In this document: positions 37,772 to 49,742 of the stretch, piece after piece
How the letters are laid out: each line of letters begins with the position of its first letter
Numbering within the stretch: the stretch's first letter is position 1
Assembly: GCA_043228905.1 (NCBI GenBank)
Contig: JBHGNT010000002.1
Span: 16,182,001-16,246,000, forward strand
Source of the DNA: Azolla caroliniana
Taxonomy: Eukaryota; Plantae; Polypodiophyta
Reading direction: 5' to 3'
DNA: 64,000 nt
Made by a program: the position numbers and the translations under genes
The notes under the pieces: generated by a model
What the model was told of the DNA's origin: nothing
Seen by the model: only the letters and a program-made list of their open reading frames with translations
Databases searched by the model: none

Positions 37772-39850
37772 TTGGATTCTGTCGGTTATTACATGTTGAT
37801 ATATAATTATGGTATTTGTTTTCCTCATGGAAGCAAAATCCCTTAATCTGATGTAGTTGGGTCCTTTCTTCAAGTAAAACATTACGTTAATTTCTCTTTC
37901 GCTTTCTCGTAATTTCTCATATAGATTGATCCAAATTCTGTGTTTTTCTTCTTCTTCTTCTTCTTCTTCTTCTTTGCCATATCTGTACAGAGAACAAATT
38001 CCTGCTTTCTCACCTTATGGAGATCAGCGAAGGACATCAAATGTCCATTTAAGCGGAACAGACATAGATAAGCAAGAGTCAAAAGACACATCTGTAATCC
38101 AACCAATAAACAAGGAAAGCAAGAAATGGGTTGTACTTAAATCCACAGAAAATCTCAGAGATGGTATAGCAATAAGAGATCAGAGGGAGGATAAGAATGG
38201 CTTACAACCGTTACTTGCTTACACGGTTATGAAAGAAGAAGAAGAAGCTATGGCGGAAGAAAAAGATAGATTAGTGGAAGAAGAAGAAGACGAAGAAGGG
38301 GAAATAGAAGAAGAAGAAGAAAGGGAAAGAGATAGAAAAAATGAAGAAGAAGAAGAAACAGAAACAGATCTAAATATAAAAGAGAGAGGAAGTCTAGGTT
38401 TAGTGGTGCTCCAATGGGGTCATAGGAAGAGAGCTAGATGTAGCAGAGTAGATAATAACAATAACAATAACAATAACAATAACCATCATGTGATGAAGTC
38501 TGTTGTGGCTGAGGATCAATCGTCTGTATTAACAAGGAAAGTGGTGAGGGTGAAAAAGACAGAGAAAGCAGAGAGCTTCTGCAGCAAAAGCATTGTAAAA
38601 GCAAAGAGTGGTAGCAACAGAGGTTCTTCACCCATTCCTGAAGGTCAGGGACAGTCAGGAGAAGGAAGAGGAAGGGTGAAAACACTGAGAAAAGCAAGTC
38701 TTGAAGGAAGTAAAACACAAACACAAAACTCTAATCCTAAACATAGACAAATGTCTTTAAACATCCATACCAAACCCCTAACCCTAACTCCTACGCCTCC
38801 TCCTCCTCCTCCTCCTCCTCCTCCTCCTACTGTTGCTGACCATAATACTAAATCTGATTCACCTGATAGAGCAAATACAAGCGATCTCTCTGCTTCTACC
38901 AAGGTCAAGATTGATTTGCCTAAAATCATTCTATCCTTATCAAGGAAAGAGAAAGAAGATGATTTCCTCGTCATCAAAGGTACCAAGCTTCCCCAGAGAC
39001 CTAAAAGAAGACCAAAAGCAATAGAAAAACTTCTTCATGTAAGTAATGCATGTCTCATTGTTATGCTTTGTTTTTTGGTCATGTAGTTCATTTTATTTAT
39101 TGTTATGCTTTGTTTGTTCGACGTGAAGTTCATTTTATTCATTGTTATGCTTTGTTTTGTTGGACATGTAGTTCATTTTATTCATTGTTATGCTTTGTTT
39201 GTTCGTGTAATTCATTTTCTTCATTGTTATGCTTTGTGATTTGTTGGTTTTCTGAAAAGACCCGTTGTTTTGTTCTTCCTTTGTCAGTATTGCACTCCTG
39301 GAAGTTGGCTCACTGATCTATCTCTTGGGCGATACGATGTGAGAGAGAAGAAATGTGTAAAGAAGGTAAGCAAAGGGTGTTCCCGATTAGTGCTTTCTGA
39401 TTTTTTTGCCTGCTTTTGTATCAACATCTGTCATATCCTTTCTTTAAATTTCCAAAATGCTCCTTTTTTCGTTAATCATATAATGAAGGGCCCCTGAATG
39501 TGATTTCCATCATGTATATGTATATGTAGTTGTGTATTTCATAATCTCATTATGTGAATATGATTCATAGTTTGATTATGTCTATGTATGTATGCATGTG
39601 TGAGGTTGTGATTCATAATTTAATTATGTCTATGTATGCATGCATGACGTTGTGATTCATAGTTTGATCATGTGTATATATGTATGCATGCATGAGGTTG
39701 TGATTCGTAGTTTGATCATGTCTAAATGTGATGTGACTCACAGTTTCATTCTGTATATAACCTATGTTTCTAAACTTGATATTTTGTTTTGTCGAGTAGA
39801 AACCAAGGGGTCTCAAGGCCATGGAGAGCATGGAGAGCGATTCAGAGTGA
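37650..39850 (+). CDS. DUF1639-domain plant protein (~393 aa, 4 coding exons)
   Basis: Exons 37650-37654 (inferred), 37991-39038, 39288-39365 and 39800-39850 with GT-AG introns in phase. Motifs LQWGHRKRAR, LSRKEKEDDFLVIKGTKLPQRPKRRPK, PGSWL and KPRGLKAMESMESDSE*. Confidence 0.9.
39050..39240 (+). repeat. Intronic degenerate tandem repeat
   Basis: About five copies of GTTCATTTTATTCATTGTTATGCTTTG. Confidence 0.75.
39555..39750 (+). repeat. Intronic degenerate tandem repeat
   Basis: About four copies of GTTGTGATTCATAGTTTGATYATGT…TGCATG. Confidence 0.7.
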
Positions 39851-42150
39851 GGGCTCAGTTGGTTCTCATTGTTTAGACTAGTTTTTAGATGCTCATGTAA
39901 ATCAAGAAGTCTTACTTCTTATAACCATGAAGCTCTCCCACACACACAGTTTGGGCTTTTCTGTGGTAATGGTCCTGTGTAACGCTGAGAATCTTTGCTT
40001 GGTATTTTGAATCCTTCTAGGACTATTGTGAGGTGCTAAGCAAATCACTATGAGATGCCTATAAAACAAATGTCCCCATGAAGAGACTATGATCCCTCAG
40101 ACAGACTGTTTAAAGAGCCATGTGTAGTCCAATGAATTTGCCACAATGTAGGGGTGGCATTGTTATTGTCTGGTTAAGACAAATTTGTCACATCATTGTA
40201 CAAGAAAATGTGGAATGAATTTCTGCGTGTATGGAATGAGTTCTTTTGGACTAAAATCTGATTGTTTACTTTCAATTTAAGGCACGGTCAATAATGTATA
40301 TATATCTATACAAGTGAATATTTCAAAGATGAATCAATACACAGATACTAGTAATGTGTGTTGAAGAAAGTAATGCCTCTTATCACACACAGTGTACGAT
40401 TGTTCTCCGCATTCCTTTCTAGTTTGAAACTTCTCCAAACAAGTGGCTCTGATGTAAGGTAAGTACTTTCTAAGGATGCTTGCAAGTCCTTTTTTAGTTC
40501 AAGCACGCAGGTCTGTCAATGCTCATTAGTCTATGTTGATCCTATTGAAGACCGATTGTAATATATGTGATTTCTGTTCCTCTTATCTAAGGCCAAGAAT
40601 ATGCTTTGCATCTAAGTTAACTTGTCTGAACTTTCTGTGTCAAAATATTGTCTCTGCTCTATAAATCAATGTTTTCATTTCAATAGACGCATATATGCCA
40701 GCCAACTCTAAAACACCCTTATCGCCTTCCTCCTTAATAACAGGAGGCCAGAGGTTTGTGTGATCCTCTTATATTCTGCAAATAGTGCACCTGGTGAGAT
40801 TATAATGAAAGACATGTTTTGAAATCAATACCTTTTTATCGTTGTTTTATCCGATGTGAAATAAATGAACAAGAGAAAGTGATAGTAAATTGATGCATGG
40901 ACCCCAAAAGTAATGAGTGGCTTCTGGAATATGCATGCTCTCAAATGGAGCAGAGAGATCAAACAATGCATTCTAGTAAGACAAAACTTAACATGGGAAT
41001 TAACCATCTGCCAAAAATATGTTCAGAAGAAAGGTACTATTTAAACTCTTCTTTATATGGAAAACTTGTTCTCCTGAAATGCAGTTGTATATGAAATAGG
41101 CCATCAAACCTCCATATATGCCTAAAAACCAAGAACTTCACATGGTGTCTGATCAAATAGGTCAAGAGACTGTCCTTGATGAATTCAAAGATTACATATG
41201 TTTGTTCTTCAAGGACTCATCTCTACTAACATTCCTCAAAATATGTGCGTAATTTAACTGCCAAGGAAATGCTTTTCCATCATCTGTTGTCTTTAAAATA
41301 TGGCAAAACCTCTTCAATTTGCATCTTTACAATCACAATTAAATGCATTCAGACAGGAGTCCTTTAGTAAAGGCTTTAAACACAAAGAGTAGTGTTTCAA
41401 GACAGTTTACAATTGAAGTGTCCAAAGCAAACTTGGTCAAGCCTTAATAGGCATCCAAAAACCGAAATCCTGCCTACTTTCGGAGACACGATGAATCAAA
41501 AGAATTCTACAGTATAAATGTAGGAGGCACAAATAATAGTTCTACATAATCAATCGACGCATAATACACAGATTAACATGACTAACACAGCAACAATCAT
41601 CTACCACACAAATGTGCTCCCTTTACACTGTCAATACACAGAATATCAGATGTTCCATCACAACCAACCTATACCTTTATATGGATAGATATGCAAAGGG
41701 GCTCAACCTATAAAACTTCAGAAACTTTGTACCTCCAGTAATATAACTTTCACCTTTCATCATCTCCTAGAGGTAGGAGACAAATGATGCAATCACAGAA
41801 CAATGCCCATTTACTTTACAGACACATCAGTATCCATACGTACAAGTATGTATATATACATGAGTGACTCAAACTTGACGGACATAAATAAACTCATCGA
41901 TAAATTTTTGTGTTCTTTCAAATTCAGAATAAACATCTTGATCTAAACCTCGAAAATAAAGGTATTAAGACTCTGACAAGTTGGAACAGCCAACTTGTGA
42001 TGGATTGCACAATGCCGTAACAAAGAAGTCAAGAAAATAGACCTACATAGTAGTAGACCACACCGACCCCCACGAGTTGCAAAGAAAAAAGACTTAAGGA
42101 ACAAGACAGTCTCAAAATGGCAAAGCTTTATAGACAAGACTCGAGTCCAG

Positions 42151-44755
42151 TTATTTTCCCTCTTTCGTAGAGCTAGGTTCATTATCCGCAGAAGTCTTTG
42201 TGACCTCTTTCTCTTGATCCTCTTTAACACTCTTCTTCTCCTCCTGATCATCAACTTTGAGACTTTGCAAGAGCTCTTCTACTTCTTCAGCATTAGAAGA
42301 CACAGCATTTTGTGCATCTTCAAAAGCTTTCTTAAAAGCTTGAGCATCTAGAGGAGCAAAAAAAGTTATTTTGAGAATGTCGTAAAATCTAAACATAAAA
42401 TACAACATCTGTAAGATACCTACTTTCAACACTGCCAAAGCGAATGCAAAAGAGCTCTTCTTTAACCTCTCCATCTGCAAAGTCAGGGGCATGCCAAACC
42501 CAAGTCTTGTCACTTCCTTGATGTTCCTGAAGGGTAATGGATGGAATAACTGCCAACAAGAGTAAAGATTCACAAATAAACAAGTTTGCAAATACAGCAT
42601 ATTATCATAAGCATTGATTTGGCCCCGTGGTTATGGACTTTCCCCATTAAGCCACAGGTCAGATTAAGATAAAAAATAGAAGAACCGAAAAGAGCATACC
42701 TATGTGGTTTGCACAGATCTTTAATGTTTTGTTCTGTCTCATGACAAGGCGAACCTTCTCAGTCTCTTTGTGCTTGAGCAACTTCACAACTCCTACTCCT
42801 CTTTCTTTCCACTGGTTTCCATCCTTATCAAACCGGTAAAGCTTGGCTTTCCTAAATACAAGCAAACACAAAAGGAGGGCAACAAAAGCTTCTAACATTA
42901 AATAACAATAATATGGAATTGAATGACCCTCTCTGAAGTACATTCACTAAAGTGATATAATGAATTATACAGTGTAAAGCCGGTTTCTTGTAGAATGCAA
43001 TCTGACCAATTTTTCTCTGACCAATTAGAAAAACTAAGAAAAAGTTTTACAGATTTAATCAAAACCTTACTCCATCTATAAGGGCTTGGCTTTTTTAGCA
43101 ATGCAAAATAAGGCAAAATAGAAAATGCAAAATAAGTTTCCAGCATTGATATTATCCTAAGCTTACCAAATCAGTAGGGTGCAACTTACTTAATATGCAT
43201 GCAGACATGATAGAAAACCCATGGACGCTTCATATATTTAACCATAACATTAACAAACAGGTACTTTCCCCAGTAGTTCAATATAAACAAAAAATACAAC
43301 CATAGAACACCTGGAACATTCAATGAAGTCCTTTCTTGGATTGAAAGGCAAAGAAAAATACTTCCAGCATTTGTTGTTAACATTATCAAATTGGTTAATG
43401 TAAGCTTTCCTGTATGCCAATGCAGAACTATACAAAAGCAAGAAGAAAAGCTTCACCATTGGAGATAATTTTACATGCAGTAAGTGGGTTGAATGTAATT
43501 AAGGTTACAAGGTAAGGAGTGTCTTTCCAATCGTGCAAACAATATAGGGGAAAAAATAACCAGGTTGATACTCAATATATCATGGTTCTTATAAACAAGT
43601 TATTCAAAGAATCTACCATAAGCAGAAACAATTCAGAGTATAAACCAAAACAGTCAAGAATAATCAGTTATCAACCAAGGAAACGAAATTGTTACATTCC
43701 ATGGCATTTGAGCTCGAACTTTATTCTAAAATCTTTGTACTTTAGACTCAGTGGCCAAAAAGCTAATGTAATGAATAAATAAAGCTTTAGATGAACGGCT
43801 ACAAAGACGATAGAGCGGCTAGTTATTAGCCCCAGCAAAGATAATAATGACGCCTTGAATTGTTTGCTCAACATGTCAGCACAAAGTAAAAAGCTCTGGA
43901 CAATAAGTTAAAACCAATATCCTAGGAGAGAAAATTAATCCTAACGGAACAAACTATTCAGATTGAATGCTTCAAATGTGAAGATCTTTCAGTCAAAAAA
44001 CAAAAAATGTCGTCCCGGGAGAAAAAGTTAATCCTAACAGAACAAACTATTCGGATTGAATGCTTCAAATGGGAATATGTTTTGGTCAAGAAACAAAAAA
44101 TGGTTCCTTGAAATGATTACTAAGCACAAGAAGAGATGGCATGTCACAATATCGAGGTGCAAGAGACCTATCGAAAAAAGACATATCCAGAAAGGCCTCT
44201 ATGCATTTCTGAGAGTGAAGAACGAATAAAACTCAAGAAAGGTGCCAGTCCAAAGGACGATCTGGGGAAGACTAATTTCTATGCAAATTCTTTTGAAAGA
44301 ACGACTCAGATGAACAATAGCGTAGGAAAAGAGAGAACAAGAGAAAGAACTAAATGGCAGGAACGAAAAACGGAAAGATCGATGGAAAACGCAGACATCG
44401 AATAGGAGAAATACATCGAGTGAACGCTTGGAAGATTGGAAGTAAGAACGACAAAACGGATGGCATACACAGGATGAAAGAGAAGAATCCACAGCAACAG
44501 CAAAAGAAAAACGGCCAAAGAGAAACACAGAGATGGAGACAGAAGAGAGGGAGGAACTCACAGATCGATAAGAGCATCTTCGTTCTCTTCACCTGTGCTG
44601 ACGACGACAGCATCGAGCTTCACGATGGGAGCGACCTCTGCGCCGGTGTCTTCTTCGTCGGCACAAGGTTTGGAATCGTCTTCTGCATCCTCAGCAGCAG
44701 CAGCAGCAGTGGTGGTCTTGGTCTCTTCTCGATCCTCATCTCCAGATCCTGCCAT
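42151..44755 (-). CDS. RANBP1: Ran-binding protein 1 (222 aa, 4 exons)
   Basis: Exons 44562-44755, 42700-42851, 42424-42549 and 42151-42347 (669 nt in total, GT-AG introns). RanBD motifs [33 protein letters not shown] and [10 protein letters not shown]. Confidence 0.97.
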
Positions 44756-45246
44756 GGCTTCGCAACGGATCGGATCGGACAGGACGTGACACACGCAGTC
44801 AGAAACACAGACAGACAGACAGAGAGTTAGAGATGGAAATGGAGAAGAAATAAACAGAGGAGAGGGATTAGGGTTTTGCTTTTTTTCTTTTCTGTTTCGT
44901 TTCCTTGTCTTCTTCTTCTTCTTCTTCTTCTTTTAGAGTGAATATGTATGCATATCATGTATGTACGTACGTACATACATACATACATACATACATATAT
45001 GTTACTTATAAACAAAGAAACACCCAATCAATGTTTAGGGCCCTTGTGTGTTTTGTCTTTTGTCGGGAGCTTGCGTGTGTGTTATCTCGACCGACCGCAA
45101 CCAGGCCTTGCCAATTTGGCGACCTCACATGACATTCAACGTGATAGGGTGCTTCCAATGAATGTAATGGTAGTAATTAGCGCAACCAACATCCGACACT
45201 TCAACTCAACGCCTAACAATAGTTGTGCGAATCAATCCATTAAACG

Positions 45247-45599
45247 TGTTGGGAGATAGGTCCCTCCGGATGGGAAGGGAGAAGAACAGTGCCGACGAAC
45301 AATCTCGGTCGAGGCCAAAACCGGAAGAGGAGTACCCGGCTACGGAGAGCCGGATGGTGCAGGCCCGGTGAGAACCGGATGAGGAGTACCCGGCTACAGA
45401 GAGCCGGTTGGTGCAGACCCGGTGAGGAGTGCTCACCGGATGAAGAGACATACTCGTAAATATGTTTCTGAGAGCCCATCGTGGCTTTGTAAATAGCCGA
45501 AAAGTCATATTGGTATAAATATGACTTAGGGCAAACTTATAATTGTTGTTGTCATTTTCTTGTTGGTGCAAGAAGAAGAGAGAGCGCGTAACAGTGTAC

Positions 45600-45630
<31 letters not shown>

Positions 45631-45905
45631 GGTCGTTGCCTCTGCTGTAACCGCCGCCTGTGGCGAAGATCGTGAGCACGAGGTCGTTGCCTCCGTGAAC
45701 TCACTGTTGTACATTCCAGCATAGTGATAGTTTGTAGCCTGTGGGCTACCGTGGTTTTTTCCCTAGTTTGGGTTTTTCCACGTAAACATTCTGTGTACTC
45801 TTCTCTCCTTTGTGTCGTGCGTTTTATTTTCCCGTTTTTCTATGTATGATTCTAAGCTCGGTTGTGGCCGAGCGTTGTGCATAAGGAGCGTTGTAGTTCC
45901 CGTCA
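45247..45905 (+). mobile_element. Solo LTR of the copia J/F family
   Basis: TGTTGGGAG…CCCGTCA; TSD AAACG (45242-45246, 45906-45910); two 54-bp units. Confidence 0.96.
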
Positions 45906-46239
45906 AAACGTTGGATGAATCAAATAGGTCTTTGAGGACCTTTCCTAAGGATAGTGTCTACAATTGCGAGCTCTTGACAATGAAACACCTTTCGATATGC
46001 ATGTTATATATTGTGCAAATGAGTGGATTGGAGTGGGTTGTGCGGATGGATTATGCAGAAGGGTTCAGGTCCCAATCTTCACAATTGTTGGGCATTGTCA
46101 CATAAACGCGTATGCATGTGCTACTTGTGTAGGCCCACGGGGGACATTAACCAGGAGGATATGATGTTGTGCGCGAAGACCATTAAAACCTTGTCATGGG
46201 TTGCCTCATAAAATTTTCCCCTCTTCATAAAATAGCATT

Positions 46240-46505
46240 CCTCAAGGTCAAGGATTGAGTTGTGCTGAGATTTGCACTCAAGGGCTCGGTTAGGACTCAA
46301 CAACTCTCTAGAGTCAAGGCTATCTAGAGTCGAGGTTAGCGCGGACTTGAGGGCTCTCTAGAGTCGAGGATTCAGTTGTGTTGAGATTTGCATTTGCACA
46401 TTTGAGTCGAGGTTAGCACGAACTCAAGGGCTCACTACAATTGAAGCTAGCTTAGTCTCTAGGGCTCACTACAGTTGAGGTTAGCTTAGACTTGAGGCTA
46501 GCTTG
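46240..46505. repeat. Degenerate minisatellite
   Basis: Recurring CTCTAGAGTCGAGG, GAGGTTAGC, AGGGCTC and GAGATTTGCA modules. Confidence 0.6.
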
Positions 46506-46528
46506 GCCGGCACTGCATTATGAACTCC

Positions 46529-46529
<1 letters not shown>

Positions 46530-46578
<49 letters not shown>
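46530..46578. repeat. (TC)n microsatellite at the LINE 3' end
   Basis: Perfect dinucleotide run. Confidence 0.95.
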
Positions 46579-46582
<4 letters not shown>

Positions 46583-49282
46583 AAAAGCACACGATTATAT
46601 TAATTGTATGTAAAATCCACTTAGTTACAACACTTCTTAGTCTCCTCTACCTATCTTATGCCTATGTAGTGAGAGGGACATCCTGTAATGCCATTAAACA
46701 ACCTGAATATGCATTTGAGGAAATGATCCCCACATGCTCTAACATCCAAAAATTCTACATGAGAATACCTTTCAGCTTCTTTATATAGCTTTCACCCCAT
46801 GTATATTAGCAAACATGAAAGCATTACGCATATTCCAATTGTGTTGTAGACCCCAATAACGTAAAAATTGGAACAATATCTCCATCTCATCATTTGAACC
46901 ATTTTGAACATATTGAGAAAAAACCCCTTGTTGAGGTCTCAAACAACAACGGGTTAAAACTTGCCAAATGTTTGGTAAGTACTTCCAAATGGTACACACT
47001 ATAGGACATTTAATGAACCTATGTGTACTATCCTCCAATGGAACGGTACAAAAGAAACAAGTGCCAAACCCTAATCCTCGTCTCTTTAAGGCCGACCCTG
47101 ATGGGAGCCCACCAATCACGACCCTCCATATGAATACCTTTGCACAAAATGGTAGATGGTAATGCCAACCACGTTGTAATATTTTCCACCACCTTGCGTT
47201 TGACTGACATACATTCCACAACTTCGTCGCTTTAGGAGATAGCCAAAATAATAATGCCATCACATGATGATACAATATATTTGTAGTGACCTGTAACAAG
47301 CGTGTACCATCTTGTAACTATCAATCCACCCAAGGTGCAAAATTTGTTTTCAATGGGAAATATCCTTGCAACAATGGTATATCTTGTAATTTCTCCCAAA
47401 TAAATCCATAATTTGGGGGAATACATAACCATCGCTTGGTGTCTTCAAAATCCAACAACCTTTGAGATTCATTATCAACACATCTTCCAAATGTACAATC
47501 CCCAATCAAAATAAACGACTGAATTGAGATCTCAAATTCTCTTTCCCATGCCAAAACATCACTCGAGAAGAAACAAGCAATTCATTTTGTAATGAATTAC
47601 AATATTCTCGATCACTTGATGGTCCCCATTCAGAAAGAGATAATGTATCTTGCCACGATCTTACCAAATGTTGTCCACATACAGAATGTCAAATCTTTAG
47701 AGAAATACTTCCATTGAGTAATGACCATCAGGATGCTTGAATCTTTGTTTTCCCGTGCACCAATCCTTCATGCTCAATAAAATATTGCATCATAGATATC
47801 CATGGTTGATCTTGTTGACATATATCTCATAATAATGCAAATCTACGAGCCATCAAATGCCTTTCCAAATCCAATATTGTTGCACCACCTAACCTTTTAG
47901 GAGTAGCCAAATGGTCCCATGAGATCCATGTAACTCCCATCATTTCTCCCTTCCACCACAACATGAACTGAATAGGTTGTAACATGTTTTGTAATGCCTT
48001 CTTAGTCCAAGGTAGTAAAGGCAAAAAATATAATAACATGGGTATCAAGATACATTGCACCACTTTGAGTCGTACATGAAAGGGCCATAATTGTGACTTC
48101 CAATACATAATTTTGTCCTTCAATTTACTACCAATCCAATCAATCAATTGAACATTTGTAACATCAACACCCAATGGATAACCCAAATGTCAATAAATTG
48201 ATCCTCGTGTAATCACTGACCCTCGTCATCCCAAACATTCCAAAACACTCTCCGTACAAGAAATAAGGTGAGACTTCCTCCAATTTATATATAACCTTGA
48301 AGCCAAAACAAATTGATCCCAAACTTGCATACTCCTTTTAAGATTTTCTTTTGAGGCTTGTAAAAACATAAAAGAATCATCAGCCAATGCTTGTGCCACC
48401 AATTGTCCACTAGAAAGAATATGCAAACCCACAATATCACCACTGGCCGCAAGATTTGACAACATTACTAACAAAGGATGTGTAACAATAACAAATAACA
48501 ATGGGCTTAATGGACATCCTTGCCGCACGGATCTAGTAAGAAAAACTTTTGGATTAACTCCGCCATTAAGCATCACACGCGAGGTTGCATTTTGCTCTAG
48601 CAAAAAGATAAGTCGACACATATGAGGACCTGAGAGCAAAGACCAATTAACATGACCAAACCCCATATTTTATGCAATATATTTCTACTTGTAATAAAAC
48701 CGTATTGAGATGGATGAATAAGTTGAGGTAAGAAGTTCTGAAGTCTGTTGGATAATATCTTTGCAAACACTTTGTACAATCATCCCATGAATGAAATAGG
48801 CCTCTATTGAGAGCAAAGACCAATTAACATCACACCTGAGAGCAAAGACCAATTAACATGACCAAACCCCATATTTTATGCAATATATTTCTACCTGTAA
48901 TAAAACCATATTGAGATGGATGAAAAGTTGAGGTAAGAAGTTCTGAAGTCTGTTGGATAATATCTTTGCAAACACTTTGTACAACCATCCCATCAATGAA
49001 ATAGGCCTCTATTGATGAAATGACTCCGGAGATGGTACCTTTGGTATCAATTTGATTAAGCCCACCTTCTAGCTCTCAGGCAGGAAACTAGAATCCCAAC
49101 ATTGTTGAAACATTTGTGTGAATGGACTCTTAAGCATGCCAACATACTTCTTAAAAACTTCATTTGTAACACCATCCCAACCAGGGCTTTTACCATTTGG
49201 AAGGTGTAACAATACCTTTTCCACCTCAGTTTCTTCAAAATCAACATCTAATTCTTGACAAATATTTGTATTCACGACACTC
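46579..49282 (-). mobile_element. L1-like LINE ORF2, 3' part (RT, zf-RVT)
   Basis: GKSPGWDG, YKVFAKILSNRL, RQGCPLSPLLF, LADD, TPKRLGG and CFFC..EDSTHRFIKC motifs; internal ~200-bp duplication at 48630-49015. Confidence 0.92.
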
Positions 49283-49742
49283 CGATGAAGGATGTGCAAC
49301 TTGAGAAGTGCACTGATTGCTTGGCCGACAAGCAAAACCGGAACTCCTTCCGGTCAAGACCACCGATGATATGGAATGCACCACTAGAGCTGGTGCATAC
49401 CGATGTGTGTCAAGTGGACACGAAGTCACATGCCGGATCGCAGTACTTCGTGACGTTCATAGATGACCACAACCGGAAGTTGTGGGTCTCACCAGTGAAG
49501 ACGAAGGATCAAGTGTTATCCGTCTTCAAGGAGCTCCACGTGAGAGTGGAAAGAGAAACCGGACGGAAGCTGAAGGCGGTTCGAGCGGACAACGGAGGAG
49601 AATACTGGGGACAGTTCGAGGGGTACTGTCGGTCGAAGGGAATGAATTTACCATGCCGAAGACGCCAGAATTGAACGGGCTAGCTGAACGGATGAACCGG
49701 ACCATAATGGAGAGAGTCTGAAGCATGCTAGCACATGCCAAG
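49283..49742 (+). mobile_element. Copia integrase fragment G (J/F family)
   Basis: LELVHTDVC, ADNGGEY and NGLAERMNRT; ends at SMLAHAK, joined directly to the F LTR end. Confidence 0.92.

Noticed and set aside
39851-42150. Short ORFs between the convergent genes
   Set aside because: AT-rich UTR/intergenic sequence with no recognisable motifs
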